A stretch of 64,000 bases of DNA from Minisyncoccia bacterium (GCA_038249055.1 JBBRWS010000001.1:14244-78243); one strand, 5' to 3'; positions 1 to 9,577 are shown, counted from the first letter of the stretch. A program made the numbers and translations. Notes: generated by a model from the letters alone, not told the origin.

Positions 1-1
1 A

Positions 2-121
2 TTTTGGAAGGATTTACTTGAAGCAGGAAGTTATGGTGAAGCACGCTCAAAAGGGAAAGTAAGAACAGAAGGCAAGGATTATATAGTGAAAAATGGGGAT
101 GTCGTAGAATTCAAAATTTAG
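2..121 (+). CDS. ychF: 3' end of redox-regulated ATPase YchF (partial, runs off window)
   Basis: Frame 2 reads FWKDLLEAGSYGEARSKGKVRTEGKDYIVKNGDVVEFKI*, the typical YchF C-terminus (R-x-EGKDYIV-x-x-GD). Confidence 0.92.
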   Translation, partial: FWKDLLEAGSYGEARSKGKVRTEGKDYIVKNGDVVEFKI

Positions 122-164
122 AGGTCCAACCTCGACTGATTTCGGAGGTTGTACCTCTAAATTT
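114..164. repeat. Palindromic element, family A (AGAGGTCCAACCTC...GAGGTTGGACCTCT), intergenic copy overlapping the ychF stop
   Basis: 20-bp arms with 1 mismatch around an 11-nt loop. The reverse complement of the 39-nt core matches the leuS copy at 36/39. Confidence 0.9.
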
Positions 165-178
165 TTTAATTTATCCTC

Positions 179-278
179 GTAAAATTTATCAATAAAAAAG
201 TCCTCGGATGAGGGAGTGATGGAAGCCACCCGGTAGGTCATTCTACTGAATGAGATATTTTTTATTGAAAAAATTTAC
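179..278. repeat. Stem-loop element, family B (GTCCTCGGAYGAGGGAG core), intergenic copy
   Basis: Imperfect AT-rich arms at 179-199 and 259-278 enclose GTCCTCGGATGAGGGAG (200-216), 16/17 identical to 16730-16746 inside tsaD. Confidence 0.7.
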
Positions 279-293
279 TATGATTAAAGTCAT

Positions 294-851
294 ATGCAAA
301 ATAACTGGCTAAAAGTAATAAAGATTTTAAAAAACGATGGGGTAGTAGTGCTACCTACAGATACTTTGTACGGGTTAATTGCCAGTGCTTTTTCAAAGAA
401 AGCAATAGATAAAATATATAAAATAAAAGAAAGAGATAAAAGTAAACCTCTAATAGTTTTAATATCTAAAATTGAAGATTTAAAGAAATTTGGTATTAAA
501 GGTGATTTTTCAAAAGTATTTTTACCAAAAGTGAGTGTTTTACTTTCTAGTAGAAGTTTAAAATTTAAATATATTCATAGGGGGACTGGTGAAATAGCAT
601 TTAGGTTAATAAGTCAAAAAAATAAGAATTTATTTAATCTTGTAGAAAAAGTAGGACCAGTTGTTGCTCCTAGCGCAAATATTGAGAGCCTTAAGCCAGC
701 TGAGACAATAAAAGAAGCTCGTGGATATTTTGGGGATAATGTGGATTATTATATTAATGGAGGATTACGAAAATCTAAACCATCAACATTAATAAGAGTA
801 AAAAATGGAAACGTAGAAATATTAAGACAAGGAGAAGTAAAGATAAAATAA
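294..851 (+). CDS. tsaC: L-threonylcarbamoyladenylate synthase (YrdC/Sua5 family)
   Basis: PTDTLYGL, K-x-R...KPL, APSAN and PSTL motifs. Confidence 0.93.
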   Translation: MQNNWLKVIKILKNDGVVVLPTDTLYGLIASAFSKKAIDKIYKIKERDKSKPLIVLISKIEDLKKFGIKGDFSKVFLPKVSVLLSSRSLKFKYIHRGTGEIAFRLISQKNKNLFNLVEKVGPVVAPSANIESLKPAETIKEARGYFGDNVDYYINGGLRKSKPSTLIRVKNGNVEILRQGEVKIK

Positions 852-943
852 ACTCATAAATTTAATTTACATATTTTATATGTTATCTCGTATAAAATAT
901 GTATAAATAAAAAATAGGATTAAAATCTTTTTTGGTTTTAATC

Positions 944-1507
944 CTATTTTTTATTCTTTATATCTTGATGCTGTTTTTTTAATTCCATTACTTCTTCGAT
1001 GAGCTTACCCATTGTGTCTTCTATTCTTGTGAGAATCTCTTCATCTTCCTTTTCTTCTTTTTCTTCGTTCTCATCATCTTCTTGAATTTCTTCAACATCT
1101 TCCTGAATCTCATCCACATCTTTTTGAATTTCATCAACATCTTTTTCAATACCTTCCACATCTTCCTGAATCTCATCCACGTCTTTTTGAATTTCATCAA
1201 CATCTTTTTCGATACCCTCCACATCTTCCTGGATTCCTTCAACATCAAGAGCAACTGCACTCAACTTATCATCTTGACGATTAACTGACATCTGAATAAA
1301 TATAGATAAATAGATTGCCTCAAGAGATACGATTGTAGTTACTACTAAGAGTATTTTTTCAAAGGGGATTCCTAAAAAATATAATGTGAATGAAGATATA
1401 AATAATACTGTATGAATAAAAAGGGAACCAGTGGAACCCATCCACCTAGTTGCTCTAATGGAAACTTTTTCAAGCGCGTTACTTGATTTTGTGACTAATC
1501 TTCTCAT
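944..1507 (-). CDS. DUF1003-like two-TM membrane protein with acidic heptad coiled coil
   Basis: WMGS...HT, LTTIVSLEAI-like and IQMSVNRQ motifs, followed by DVxxIQx heptads. Confidence 0.75.
   Translation of the reverse strand: MRRLVTKSSNALEKVSIRATRWMGSTGSLFIHTVLFISSFTLYFLGIPFEKILLVVTTIVSLEAIYLSIFIQMSVNRQDDKLSAVALDVEGIQEDVEGIEKDVDEIQKDVDEIQEDVEGIEKDVDEIQKDVDEIQEDVEEIQEDDENEEKEEKEDEEILTRIEDTMGKLIEEVMELKKQHQDIKNKK
1079..1246 (-). repeat. Eight 21-bp (7-aa) tandem repeats with a 63-bp higher-order duplication
   Basis: DVEGIQE DVEGIEK DVDEIQK DVDEIQE DVEGIEK DVDEIQK DVDEIQE DVEEIQE. Confidence 0.9.
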
Positions 1508-1673
1508 ATCCGGTGTTTATTATACACCCTAATTCTGTTATAATACAATAACTATGAATCTCGTTGGAGGATGTTATTACGGGATTGTTTATATTTTTAT
1601 TAATCATTATTAATTTAATCATACAGATTCGGTTTTTTTTGAAAGATAACGACCGAAACCTGCTTTTAGTTAT

Positions 1674-2690
1674 ATGGAAACACCAATACAAAAACCATCA
1701 TTAACACCAAGATTTTTCTTTATTTCTTTAGGTGTTCTTATAGCTCTTATAACTTCCGTTTCGTCTTTTCTTGTTTTGTATTTTGAAACTTTAAATAAGA
1801 AGTTTCCTGATGTATTAACTTCAACATATCAATATGGTTATAATTCTTACACATATGATACGATACGTTCCACATTAGCAACTCTTATAATATTTTTCCC
1901 CGTTTATTTATTATTGTCATATTACTGGAAAAAATTATCCAAGGCTGAATTAGGAATAAAAGATAATATTATTTTTAAGTGGATGATATATTTAATAATA
2001 TTTATTGCTAGTCTCGTAGTTGTTATTGATTTAGTTACACTTGTTAATTATTTTGTTTCGGGAGAAATTACAATTAGATTTATATTAAAGGTTTTAGGAG
2101 CTGCTATTCTTGCTTCTTTGGTTGGTTTTAATTATTTTTTTGAATTAAAAGATCATGTTATTTTAGATTCTAAAAGCAAAAAATCAATTATTTATGCTTC
2201 TTTTTCTATATTATTGTTTTTGGGTTTAATTATATGGAGTTTTGCAATTATGGGTAGCCCCTCACAACAACGCACCTGGAGATTAGATGATAAAAGGGTA
2301 AGTGATTTGCAGGGTATACAATATCAAATTATTAATTATTGGCAACAGAAAGAAAAATTACCAATTACATTATCCGAATTGTCGAATCCTATTTCCGGAT
2401 ATTCTGTGCCAGTTGATCCAGAATTTGAAAAAGGTTTAATTTATGAGTACAATCCTAAGGATACACTTTCATTTGAACTATGTGCTACTTTTGGGGCAGA
2501 TATACCCAAAGGATGGCAGGATTCTAATGTCACAGCATATAGAATGCAGGTTCCCATAGCAGAATACGACAAAACAACATCGTCATATCCTTATCCTGGC
2601 GGAGTTAATGAATCATGGGATCATAAAATAGGTAGAACTTGTTTTACTCGCACTATAGATAAAGATTTGTATCCACCAATAAAGAAATAA
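1674..2690 (+). CDS. DUF5671-like multi-TM membrane protein with pilin-like C-terminal domain
   Basis: Five TM segments, then GSP...R...D..R..DL..I, VPVDP...YEY...FELCATF and HxxGRTCF, a pattern typical of CPR proteins. Confidence 0.65.
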   Translation: METPIQKPSLTPRFFFISLGVLIALITSVSSFLVLYFETLNKKFPDVLTSTYQYGYNSYTYDTIRSTLATLIIFFPVYLLLSYYWKKLSKAELGIKDNIIFKWMIYLIIFIASLVVVIDLVTLVNYFVSGEITIRFILKVLGAAILASLVGFNYFFELKDHVILDSKSKKSIIYASFSILLFLGLIIWSFAIMGSPSQQRTWRLDDKRVSDLQGIQYQIINYWQQKEKLPITLSELSNPISGYSVPVDPEFEKGLIYEYNPKDTLSFELCATFGADIPKGWQDSNVTAYRMQVPIAEYDKTTSSYPYPGGVNESWDHKIGRTCFTRTIDKDLYPPIKK

Positions 2691-2694
2691 AAAT

Positions 2695-5694
2695 ATGAAA
2701 AATTACGATCATAAAAAAATTGAAAAAAAATGGCAAAAAGAATGGGATAAAAATGGAATCTATAAGACCGTTAATGGAAAAGGTAAAAAGATGTATGTTC
2801 TTGATATGTTTCCATATCCGTCTGGAGTGGGTCTTCATGTGGGACACCCTCGTGGTTATATAAGTAGTGATGTATATGCTCGTATGAAGAGTATGCAAGG
2901 CTATAATGTGCTTCACCCTATGGGATATGATGCGTTTGGTTTACCAGCTGAACAGTATGCATTGCAACATAAAATACATCCCAGAAAAGCCGTTTTAGAA
3001 AATGTTAAGACTTTTAAGAAACAGCTTTCTATTATAGGACTTTCTTATGATTGGTCTCGAGAAGTAAATACAACTGACCCCAAATATTATAAATGGACAC
3101 AATGGATATTTCTTCAAATTTATAATTCTTGGTATGACAAAACAAAAAATAAAGCACGACCTATAAAAGAGCTTGAAATTATTTTTGAAAAAAGTGGAAA
3201 TCTAAAAGTAAATGCTAGTTGTAGTTTTGATGTAAAATTTTTTTCAGCAAAGGTGTGGTCTAGTTTTTCAAAAAAAGATAAGCAAGATATTTTAATGAAA
3301 TATCGTCTTGCTTATGAAGGACACAGTGAAGTAAATTGGTGTGAAAAAATGGGCACAGTTTTGGCAAATGATGAAATAGTAAATGATGCAAAAGGAAATC
3401 CAGTTTCAGAAAGAGGAGGATTTCCTGTTGAAAAAAAAATAATGCGTCAATGGTTTATGAGGATTACTGCATATGCAGACAGGTTACTATCTGGTCTTGA
3501 GGGGTTAGATTGGAGTGATCATATAAAAGAAATTCAGAAAAATTGGATAGGGAAAAGTGAGGGTAGTGAATTAGAATTTAAGATTTCAATTTCTTCAGAG
3601 GTCCAACCTCCGAAGTCAGTTGAGGTTGGACCTCTGAAGGTATTCACAACTCGTGCCGATACTATTTTTGGTGCGACGTATGTAGTGCTTGCGCCGGAAC
3701 ATCCTTTGGTTAATACCTTAAAATCAAATATATTAAACCAAGAGGAAGTTATTAAATATATAAAGTTAATAAAAAATAAGACTGATGAAGATCGTACTAA
3801 AAATGATAAGGAAAAAACAGGCGTAGAATTAAGGGGGGTTATGGCTATTAATCCAGCCAATGGAAAAGAAGTACCAATTTGGATAGCTGATTATGTACTC
3901 GCTACTTATGGTACAGGTGCTGTTATGGCAGTGCCCGCGCATGATGAGCGAGATTTTGAATTTGCAAAAAAATACAATTTAAATATAAAGCAGTCAGTAA
4001 TGCCAGTTTATGGGAATAGTGTTAAAGGAGAGGAATATAGATATGCTGTCTCAGCTTTTGTTAAAAGACCATCAGATGGTAAATATTTATTTATTAAGGC
4101 AAAAGAATTTAATCAAATTTCAAAAGTTTATGGTGGAATAGAAGAAGGTGAAAATCCTGTACTAGCTGGAATTCGAGAAGTTTTTGAAGAAACTGGATAT
4201 AAAACAAAATCAGTTACAGATTTTGGATTTTCAATTCAATCACATTTTCACCATCCCCATAAAAAAGTAAACCGTAAATTGATTAGTGATTTAGTAGAGT
4301 TGGAATTAATAGATGAAGAACAATATGAGGTAGACGAAGAAGAAGCATTGCTACATGAAGTAGTGTGGCTTACTCTCGATCAAGCAAAGAAATTAATCAC
4401 AAATCCAAAAGAATTATATGATTTTGAAATACGTGAGGGAAAAAAGTGTTTTACTGATGATGGTGTTTTGTGTAATTCAGACAATTTTTCGGGAATCTCT
4501 TCAGAGGCTGCTCGCATGCAAATAACAGAATTTGTTGGTGGAAAAATAGTCACAAAATATAAAATGAGAGACGCAATATTTGCACGTCAAAGATATTGGG
4601 GTGAACCAATACCGTTAAGGCATAATCTTGATGGAACTATAACTGAATTTAAAGAAAAAGATTTACCCCTTGAATTACCAAATGTTAAATCTTATGTTTC
4701 TATCGGTACAGGTGAGTCGCCACTTGCAGGTGTAAAGTCATGGGTAAAAGAAGGTTTTGAAACAAACACAATGCCAGGATGGGCAGGTTCATCTTGGTAT
4801 TTTTTAAGATACATGGACCCACTAAATTCAAAACAATTTGCATCAAAAAAGGCTATTGAATATTGGAGAGAAGTTGATATGTATGTAGGTGGACAAGAAC
4901 ATGCAACTGGACATTTACTCTACTCACGTTTTTGGAATAATTTCTTGTTTGATTTAGGTTGTGTTCCATTTAAAGAGCCATTTAAAAGATTAAAAAATCA
5001 AGGTATGATTCTTGCTACGGATGGGCGTAAAATGAGTAAACGTTGGAATAATGTTATAAATCCAGATGATATTGTTAATAATTATGGAGCTGATACATTA
5101 CGCATATATGAAATGTTCATGGGGCCATTTGAACAAAGTTTACCTTGGTCAACTGACAGCATTATTGGCTCACGTAGATTTTTAGATCGTATATACAGAA
5201 TTCAGGAGAAAGTTACAAATACAAAAAGTATTTTAGGTGTAGAAAAAATTATTCATAAGACTCTTAAAAAAGTAAGTGAAGATATTGAAAATTTTGCTTT
5301 CAATACAGCAGTATCTTCTATGATGATTTTAGTAAATGAGATTGAAAAGAGTGAATTTATTGGAAAAAATGATTTTAAAATATTTTTACAGATGCTCGCT
5401 CCTTTTGCCCCTCATATTACAGAAGAACTATGGGGTAATATAGGGGAAAAGAAATCTATTCATAAAAGTTCATGGCCTAAATGGGATAAAAAGAAAATAA
5501 TAGACGATGTGATTAAAATCGCTGTTCAAGTTAATGGAAAAGTTCGTGCTGAAATAATAATATCAAAGGACATGACAGAAGAAGAAATAAAAGATGTATC
5601 TTTGAAAGACAAAAATATAGTAAATTGGATTTTAAATAAAGAAATAAAAAGAATTATTTATGTTCCAAATAGAATTGTAAATATTGTTGTCTAG
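2695..5694 (+). CDS. leuS: Leucine--tRNA ligase with internal NUDIX domain
   Basis: MFPYPSG-x-GLHVGH (HIGH), editing motifs VFTTRADT and GTGAVMAVPAHD, KMSKR. Nudix box GGIEEGENPVLAGIREVFEETGY at about 4132-4200. Confidence 0.97.
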   Translation: MKNYDHKKIEKKWQKEWDKNGIYKTVNGKGKKMYVLDMFPYPSGVGLHVGHPRGYISSDVYARMKSMQGYNVLHPMGYDAFGLPAEQYALQHKIHPRKAVLENVKTFKKQLSIIGLSYDWSREVNTTDPKYYKWTQWIFLQIYNSWYDKTKNKARPIKELEIIFEKSGNLKVNASCSFDVKFFSAKVWSSFSKKDKQDILMKYRLAYEGHSEVNWCEKMGTVLANDEIVNDAKGNPVSERGGFPVEKKIMRQWFMRITAYADRLLSGLEGLDWSDHIKEIQKNWIGKSEGSELEFKISISSEVQPPKSVEVGPLKVFTTRADTIFGATYVVLAPEHPLVNTLKSNILNQEEVIKYIKLIKNKTDEDRTKNDKEKTGVELRGVMAINPANGKEVPIWIADYVLATYGTGAVMAVPAHDERDFEFAKKYNLNIKQSVMPVYGNSVKGEEYRYAVSAFVKRPSDGKYLFIKAKEFNQISKVYGGIEEGENPVLAGIREVFEETGYKTKSVTDFGFSIQSHFHHPHKKVNRKLISDLVELELIDEEQYEVDEEEALLHEVVWLTLDQAKKLITNPKELYDFEIREGKKCFTDDGVLCNSDNFSGISSEAARMQITEFVGGKIVTKYKMRDAIFARQRYWGEPIPLRHNLDGTITEFKEKDLPLELPNVKSYVSIGTGESPLAGVKSWVKEGFETNTMPGWAGSSWYFLRYMDPLNSKQFASKKAIEYWREVDMYVGGQEHATGHLLYSRFWNNFLFDLGCVPFKEPFKRLKNQGMILATDGRKMSKRWNNVINPDDIVNNYGADTLRIYEMFMGPFEQSLPWSTDSIIGSRRFLDRIYRIQEKVTNTKSILGVEKIIHKTLKKVSEDIENFAFNTAVSSMMILVNEIEKSEFIGKNDFKIFLQMLAPFAPHITEELWGNIGEKKSIHKSSWPKWDKKKIIDDVIKIAVQVNGKVRAEIIISKDMTEEEIKDVSLKDKNIVNWILNKEIKRIIYVPNRIVNIVV
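3593..3639. repeat. Palindromic element, family A, in-frame in leuS
   Basis: Perfect 18-bp arms CTTCAGAGGTCCAACCTC / GAGGTTGGACCTCTGAAG. Encodes EVQPPKSVEVGPL between GSELEFKI and VFTTRADT. Confidence 0.92.
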
Positions 5695-5775
5695 TTATAT
5701 TAATTTTCATTGTGTATAATTACTCAATCTTATTCATTACTTATCAAAAAAAAATAATTTCTATCAAAATTAGCA

Positions 5776-7464
5776 ATGGTCAATCGAATTATTACATTTC
5801 TTAATAAAGAATTTCGGGGAGTAAATGAAGCCGCCTTATTGCTTGGCGGTTTTGCTTTCCTTTCTCAGTTACTTGGGCTTATTCGAGATAGAACACTTGC
5901 TCACATAGTTGGACCAGGTCCAATGTTAGATGTCTATTATGCCGCCTTTAGAATACCAGATTTTTTATATATATCTATAGCATCTCTTGCTTCTGTTACA
6001 GTTCTGATGCCATTTTTAGTAGATAAAATAAATAACAATAGCGATACTGCAGATAAAGCACGTTCATTTATAAATAATATTTTTAGCGCTTACATGATAT
6101 TTATGGTATCTGCCAGCATAATAATTGCTATATTTATGCCATATATAGTTTCTTATATGGTTCCTGGTTTTAATGAATATCAAATTAATTTACTTATTAC
6201 AACAAGTAGAATAATGCTATTATCTCCGATTTTTATTGGACTTTCAAATTTAATCGGTACAATAACTCAGCTATTTAGAAATTTTCTTATTTTCTCTTTA
6301 TCTCCAGTTTTTTATAATGTTGGAATTCTTTTTGGAATAATATTTCTTTATCCAAGGTTTGGTATTTATGGTTTAAGTATGGGAGTTATACTAGGAGCTT
6401 TGATGCATTTTCTTATTCAAGTTCCTGTTGTTATAAAACATAATTTCTTTCCTAAATTTATTTTAAAAATTAGATGGAAAGAAATACTTCACGTTGTAAA
6501 ATTATCAGCACCAAGAACGCTGACTCTTTCTTGTAATAGTTTAGCTTTCATTTTTCTCATTGCGATGGCTTCAACTCTTAAAGAGGGTTCTATCTCTTTA
6601 TTTACTTTTGCTTTTAATCTACAATCTGTTCCTGTTGGAATTATTGGAATTTCATATTCTGTCGCGGCTTTTCCAATCTTAGTTAAATCATTTTCCATGA
6701 AAGATATGGATAATTTTATAGATCAAATAATTTTTGCTGCTAGACAGATTATATTTTGGTCTTTACCAGTTATTACTCTTTTAATAGTGCTTCGTGCTCA
6801 GATTGTACGTGTTATACTTGGTTCCAATACTTTTTCTTGGGCCGATACTCGTTTAACTGCTGCATCAGTTGCTCTGTTTGTAATTTCTCTTGCATCTCAA
6901 GGACTTGTTTTATTATTTGTTCGAGGATATTATGCTGCAGGGAATACAAAAAAACCATTATTTATAAATGTTTTTTCATCTGTAATGGTTATTGTCTTTG
7001 CTCAATTGTTAATTTATATATTTAATAATTATCCTAATGTTCTCTTAAAATTAGAATTAATTTTAAGAGTTAAAGATGTTCCCGGAACCATAATGCTCGC
7101 ATTACCACTAGCTTATGCAACAGGTTCACTTTTGAATTTCTTTTTAATCTGGTTTTTATTTAAAAAAGACTTTCTACATAATAAAAAAATAAATTTATCT
7201 TTAACTTTTATTCAAAGTTTTGCAGGAGCAGTTGTTATGGGGTCAGTCGCATATCTTTCATTGGGATTTTTTGATAATATATTTAATTTAAATACAGGTT
7301 TAGGTATTTTCCTTCAAGGATTAATATCTGGAATTATGGGTATTGCTTCTGGGGTATTTGTTTTAATTCTGTTAAAAAGCAATGAATTATTTGGTATTAT
7401 TCATGCTCTTAGAAATAAATTTTGGAGAAACAGAGTTATTGCACCAGAACAGGCGGATTTATAA
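5776..7464 (+). CDS. murJ: Lipid II flippase MurJ (MviN)
   Basis: SQLLGLIRDR...DVYYAAFRIPD, multiple TM segments, RGYYAAGNTKKP. Confidence 0.93.
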   Translation: MVNRIITFLNKEFRGVNEAALLLGGFAFLSQLLGLIRDRTLAHIVGPGPMLDVYYAAFRIPDFLYISIASLASVTVLMPFLVDKINNNSDTADKARSFINNIFSAYMIFMVSASIIIAIFMPYIVSYMVPGFNEYQINLLITTSRIMLLSPIFIGLSNLIGTITQLFRNFLIFSLSPVFYNVGILFGIIFLYPRFGIYGLSMGVILGALMHFLIQVPVVIKHNFFPKFILKIRWKEILHVVKLSAPRTLTLSCNSLAFIFLIAMASTLKEGSISLFTFAFNLQSVPVGIIGISYSVAAFPILVKSFSMKDMDNFIDQIIFAARQIIFWSLPVITLLIVLRAQIVRVILGSNTFSWADTRLTAASVALFVISLASQGLVLLFVRGYYAAGNTKKPLFINVFSSVMVIVFAQLLIYIFNNYPNVLLKLELILRVKDVPGTIMLALPLAYATGSLLNFFLIWFLFKKDFLHNKKINLSLTFIQSFAGAVVMGSVAYLSLGFFDNIFNLNTGLGIFLQGLISGIMGIASGVFVLILLKSNELFGIIHALRNKFWRNRVIAPEQADL

Positions 7465-7474
7465 TTTTATAATA

Positions 7475-7505
7475 TCCCAGATAGGGCTCCAAGCCCTATC
7501 TGGGA
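7475..7505. terminator. GC-rich 13-bp hairpin after murJ (terminator or REP-like)
   Basis: TCCCAGATAGGGC-TCCAA-GCCCTATCTGGGA, followed by GTTCTTT. Confidence 0.6.
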
Positions 7506-7549
7506 GTTCTTTGAATTTAAGGCTCTTTTTGGTAGTATAGATTTATGTC

Positions 7550-7668
7550 TCCCGTTAGAGATGTGTATGTCATAATCTACGGGATAGTTTACAATAGAAA
7601 TAAGGTTTATATTACTAAATAAAATTAATAAGATACGTCCCATATAAAGAGGGACTATCTCTAACGGG
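7550..7668 (+). mobile_element. MITE-like inverted-repeat element abutting the lepA ATG (CCCGTTAGAGA...TCTCTAACGGG)
   Basis: 13-bp perfect inverted repeat at 7550-7562 and 7657-7669. The right arm runs into the ATG at 7669. Confidence 0.7.
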
Positions 7669-9492
7669 ATGGATATCAAATCAATTAGAAATTTTTCAAT
7701 CATTGCCCACATTGATCACGGCAAGAGTACTTTGGCTGACAGAATGATTGAAGTTACTGGTACGATTGAAAAGCGTAAAATGAAAGACCAGGTTCTAGAT
7801 TCAATGGATTTAGAAAGAGAGAGAGGAATTACTATAAAAATGCAACCTGTTCGTATGGAATATAAGTTAAAAAATGATAATTACATTTTAAACTTAATCG
7901 ATACACCTGGTCACATAGATTTCTCGTATGAAGTATCTCGTGCCCTAAAGGCTGTGGAAGGGTCTATACTCCTTGTGGATGCGACTCAGGGAGTGCAAGC
8001 ACAAACACTGACCACTTTACAAATGGCTCGTGACTCAGGGCTCGTAATCATTCCAGTGCTTTCAAAGATTGATTCTCCACTAGCCCGCGTTGATGAAATA
8101 AAAATGGAAGTTTCTATTTTATTAGACATAGATCCTGATTCTATATTACTTGTTTCTGGAAAGACTGGAGAAGGAGTAGCTTTATTACTTGAAGAAATAA
8201 TAAAAAAAATACCTTGTCCTCATGTAAATGAAAACCTTTTATTAGCAACTAATACTGGGCGTGCCTTAGTTTTTGATTTTAAATATGATAATCATAGAGG
8301 AGTTATAGTTTATATTCGGGTTGTTGACGGGGGTTTTAAAAAAGGGGAATCTCTTCTTTTTGCTGTTTCTTCAGAAAAATTTATTTCACTTGAAGTTGGA
8401 ACATTTTCTCCAGAAGAAGAGCCTCGGGATTATTTGGGTAGTGGAGAAATTGGATATATAGTTACTGGAATTAAAAAGCCAGGAATAGCATCCGTAGGAG
8501 ATACTATTACTTTTCTTAAAAAACCAATGCCACCTTTACCAGGTTATCAAAATCCTAAACCAGTAGTTTGGGCTTCTATATATCCAGAAAGTCAGGATGA
8601 TTTTCCAAATCTTAAACAAGCACTAAGCAGATTGCGTTTATCAGATTCATCTTTTTCTTATGAAGAAGAAAATTCTGGATCACTCGGTAGGGGGTATAGA
8701 TGTGGATTTTTGGGAATGCTTCATTTAGAAATTATTACAGAAAGATTAAATCGTGAATTTAATTTGGAATTAATAGTAACTATGCCTTCAATCACTTATA
8801 AAGTATTACTCCGTAACGGTGTTGAACAAATTATATATTCTCCTCATCTTTTTCCTGACGATGGAAATATTGTAAAAGTATTTGAACCGTGGGTTAACGT
8901 AAAGATTATAACCCCTTCTATTTATATAAGTTCGCTTATGCCATTTTTATATGATCATGAAGGATTAATAAAAGGCACAGATAATTTTGGAGATAATAGG
9001 TCATCTATTGATTTAGAAATGCCGTTACGCGAACTAATGCGTAATTTCTTTGATGATATGAAAAGTATTACTTCTGGTTATTCATCAATTTCTTATGAAA
9101 TAGGAGAGTATAAAGAAGCCGATGTAGTTAGACTAGATATAATTGTAGCAGATGAACCAATGGCAGCTTTTTGTAGAGTAGTATCACGTAGAAAAGTTGA
9201 AGAGGAAGCTAAGCAACAAGTTGAAAAATTGAAAGATATTATTCCAAGGCAGCAGTTTAATTTTAAAATTCAAGGCAAAGCGTTAGGTAGAATTATTTCA
9301 TCTGAATCAGTTTCTGCCTTCCGTAAAGATGTTCTTATGCATGGTAGTAAAATGGTTGGAGGAGGGGATGTGAGTCGTAAAAAGAAATTACTTGAGAAAC
9401 AAAAAAAGGGTAAAAAGAGAATGCAGGCAAATGCAAAAATAAATATATCTCATGAAGTTTTTTTGAAAATGATGAGAGGAACAAATAGTTAA
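7669..9492 (+). CDS. lepA: Translation elongation factor 4 (LepA)
   Basis: IRNFSIIAHIDHGKSTLADR, ERERGITIK, DTPGH, GFLGMLH, RKKKLLEKQKKGKKRM. Confidence 0.98.
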   Translation: MDIKSIRNFSIIAHIDHGKSTLADRMIEVTGTIEKRKMKDQVLDSMDLERERGITIKMQPVRMEYKLKNDNYILNLIDTPGHIDFSYEVSRALKAVEGSILLVDATQGVQAQTLTTLQMARDSGLVIIPVLSKIDSPLARVDEIKMEVSILLDIDPDSILLVSGKTGEGVALLLEEIIKKIPCPHVNENLLLATNTGRALVFDFKYDNHRGVIVYIRVVDGGFKKGESLLFAVSSEKFISLEVGTFSPEEEPRDYLGSGEIGYIVTGIKKPGIASVGDTITFLKKPMPPLPGYQNPKPVVWASIYPESQDDFPNLKQALSRLRLSDSSFSYEEENSGSLGRGYRCGFLGMLHLEIITERLNREFNLELIVTMPSITYKVLLRNGVEQIIYSPHLFPDDGNIVKVFEPWVNVKIITPSIYISSLMPFLYDHEGLIKGTDNFGDNRSSIDLEMPLRELMRNFFDDMKSITSGYSSISYEIGEYKEADVVRLDIIVADEPMAAFCRVVSRRKVEEEAKQQVEKLKDIIPRQQFNFKIQGKALGRIISSESVSAFRKDVLMHGSKMVGGGDVSRKKKLLEKQKKGKKRMQANAKINISHEVFLKMMRGTNS

Positions 9493-9537
9493 AACTACAT
9501 AAAAACACCTATAAATAGGTGTTTTTATGTAGTTTTA
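9490..9537. terminator. Bidirectional terminator, 23-bp perfect stem
   Basis: TAAAACTACATAAAAACACCTAT-AA-ATAGGTGTTTTTATGTAGTTTTA, between lepA and the convergent small ORF. Confidence 0.8.
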
Positions 9538-9577
9538 CTCCAAGATTAGACGTAAAAAGGAAGTTTAAGCACCTCTT

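Noticed and set aside
47-241. 64-aa minus-strand ORF sharing EVQPPKSVEVGPL with LeuRS
   Set aside because: The shared peptide is the family A palindrome read in the same frame. The ORF is antisense to ychF and spans two repeat elements.
1021-1288. Repetitive ORFs 1021-1260 (-) and 1082-1288 (+)
   Set aside because: Alternative-frame shadows of the 21-bp heptad repeat.
7467-7712. 81-aa minus-strand ORF between murJ and lepA
   Set aside because: Made of hairpin and element sequence and overlaps the lepA start in antisense.
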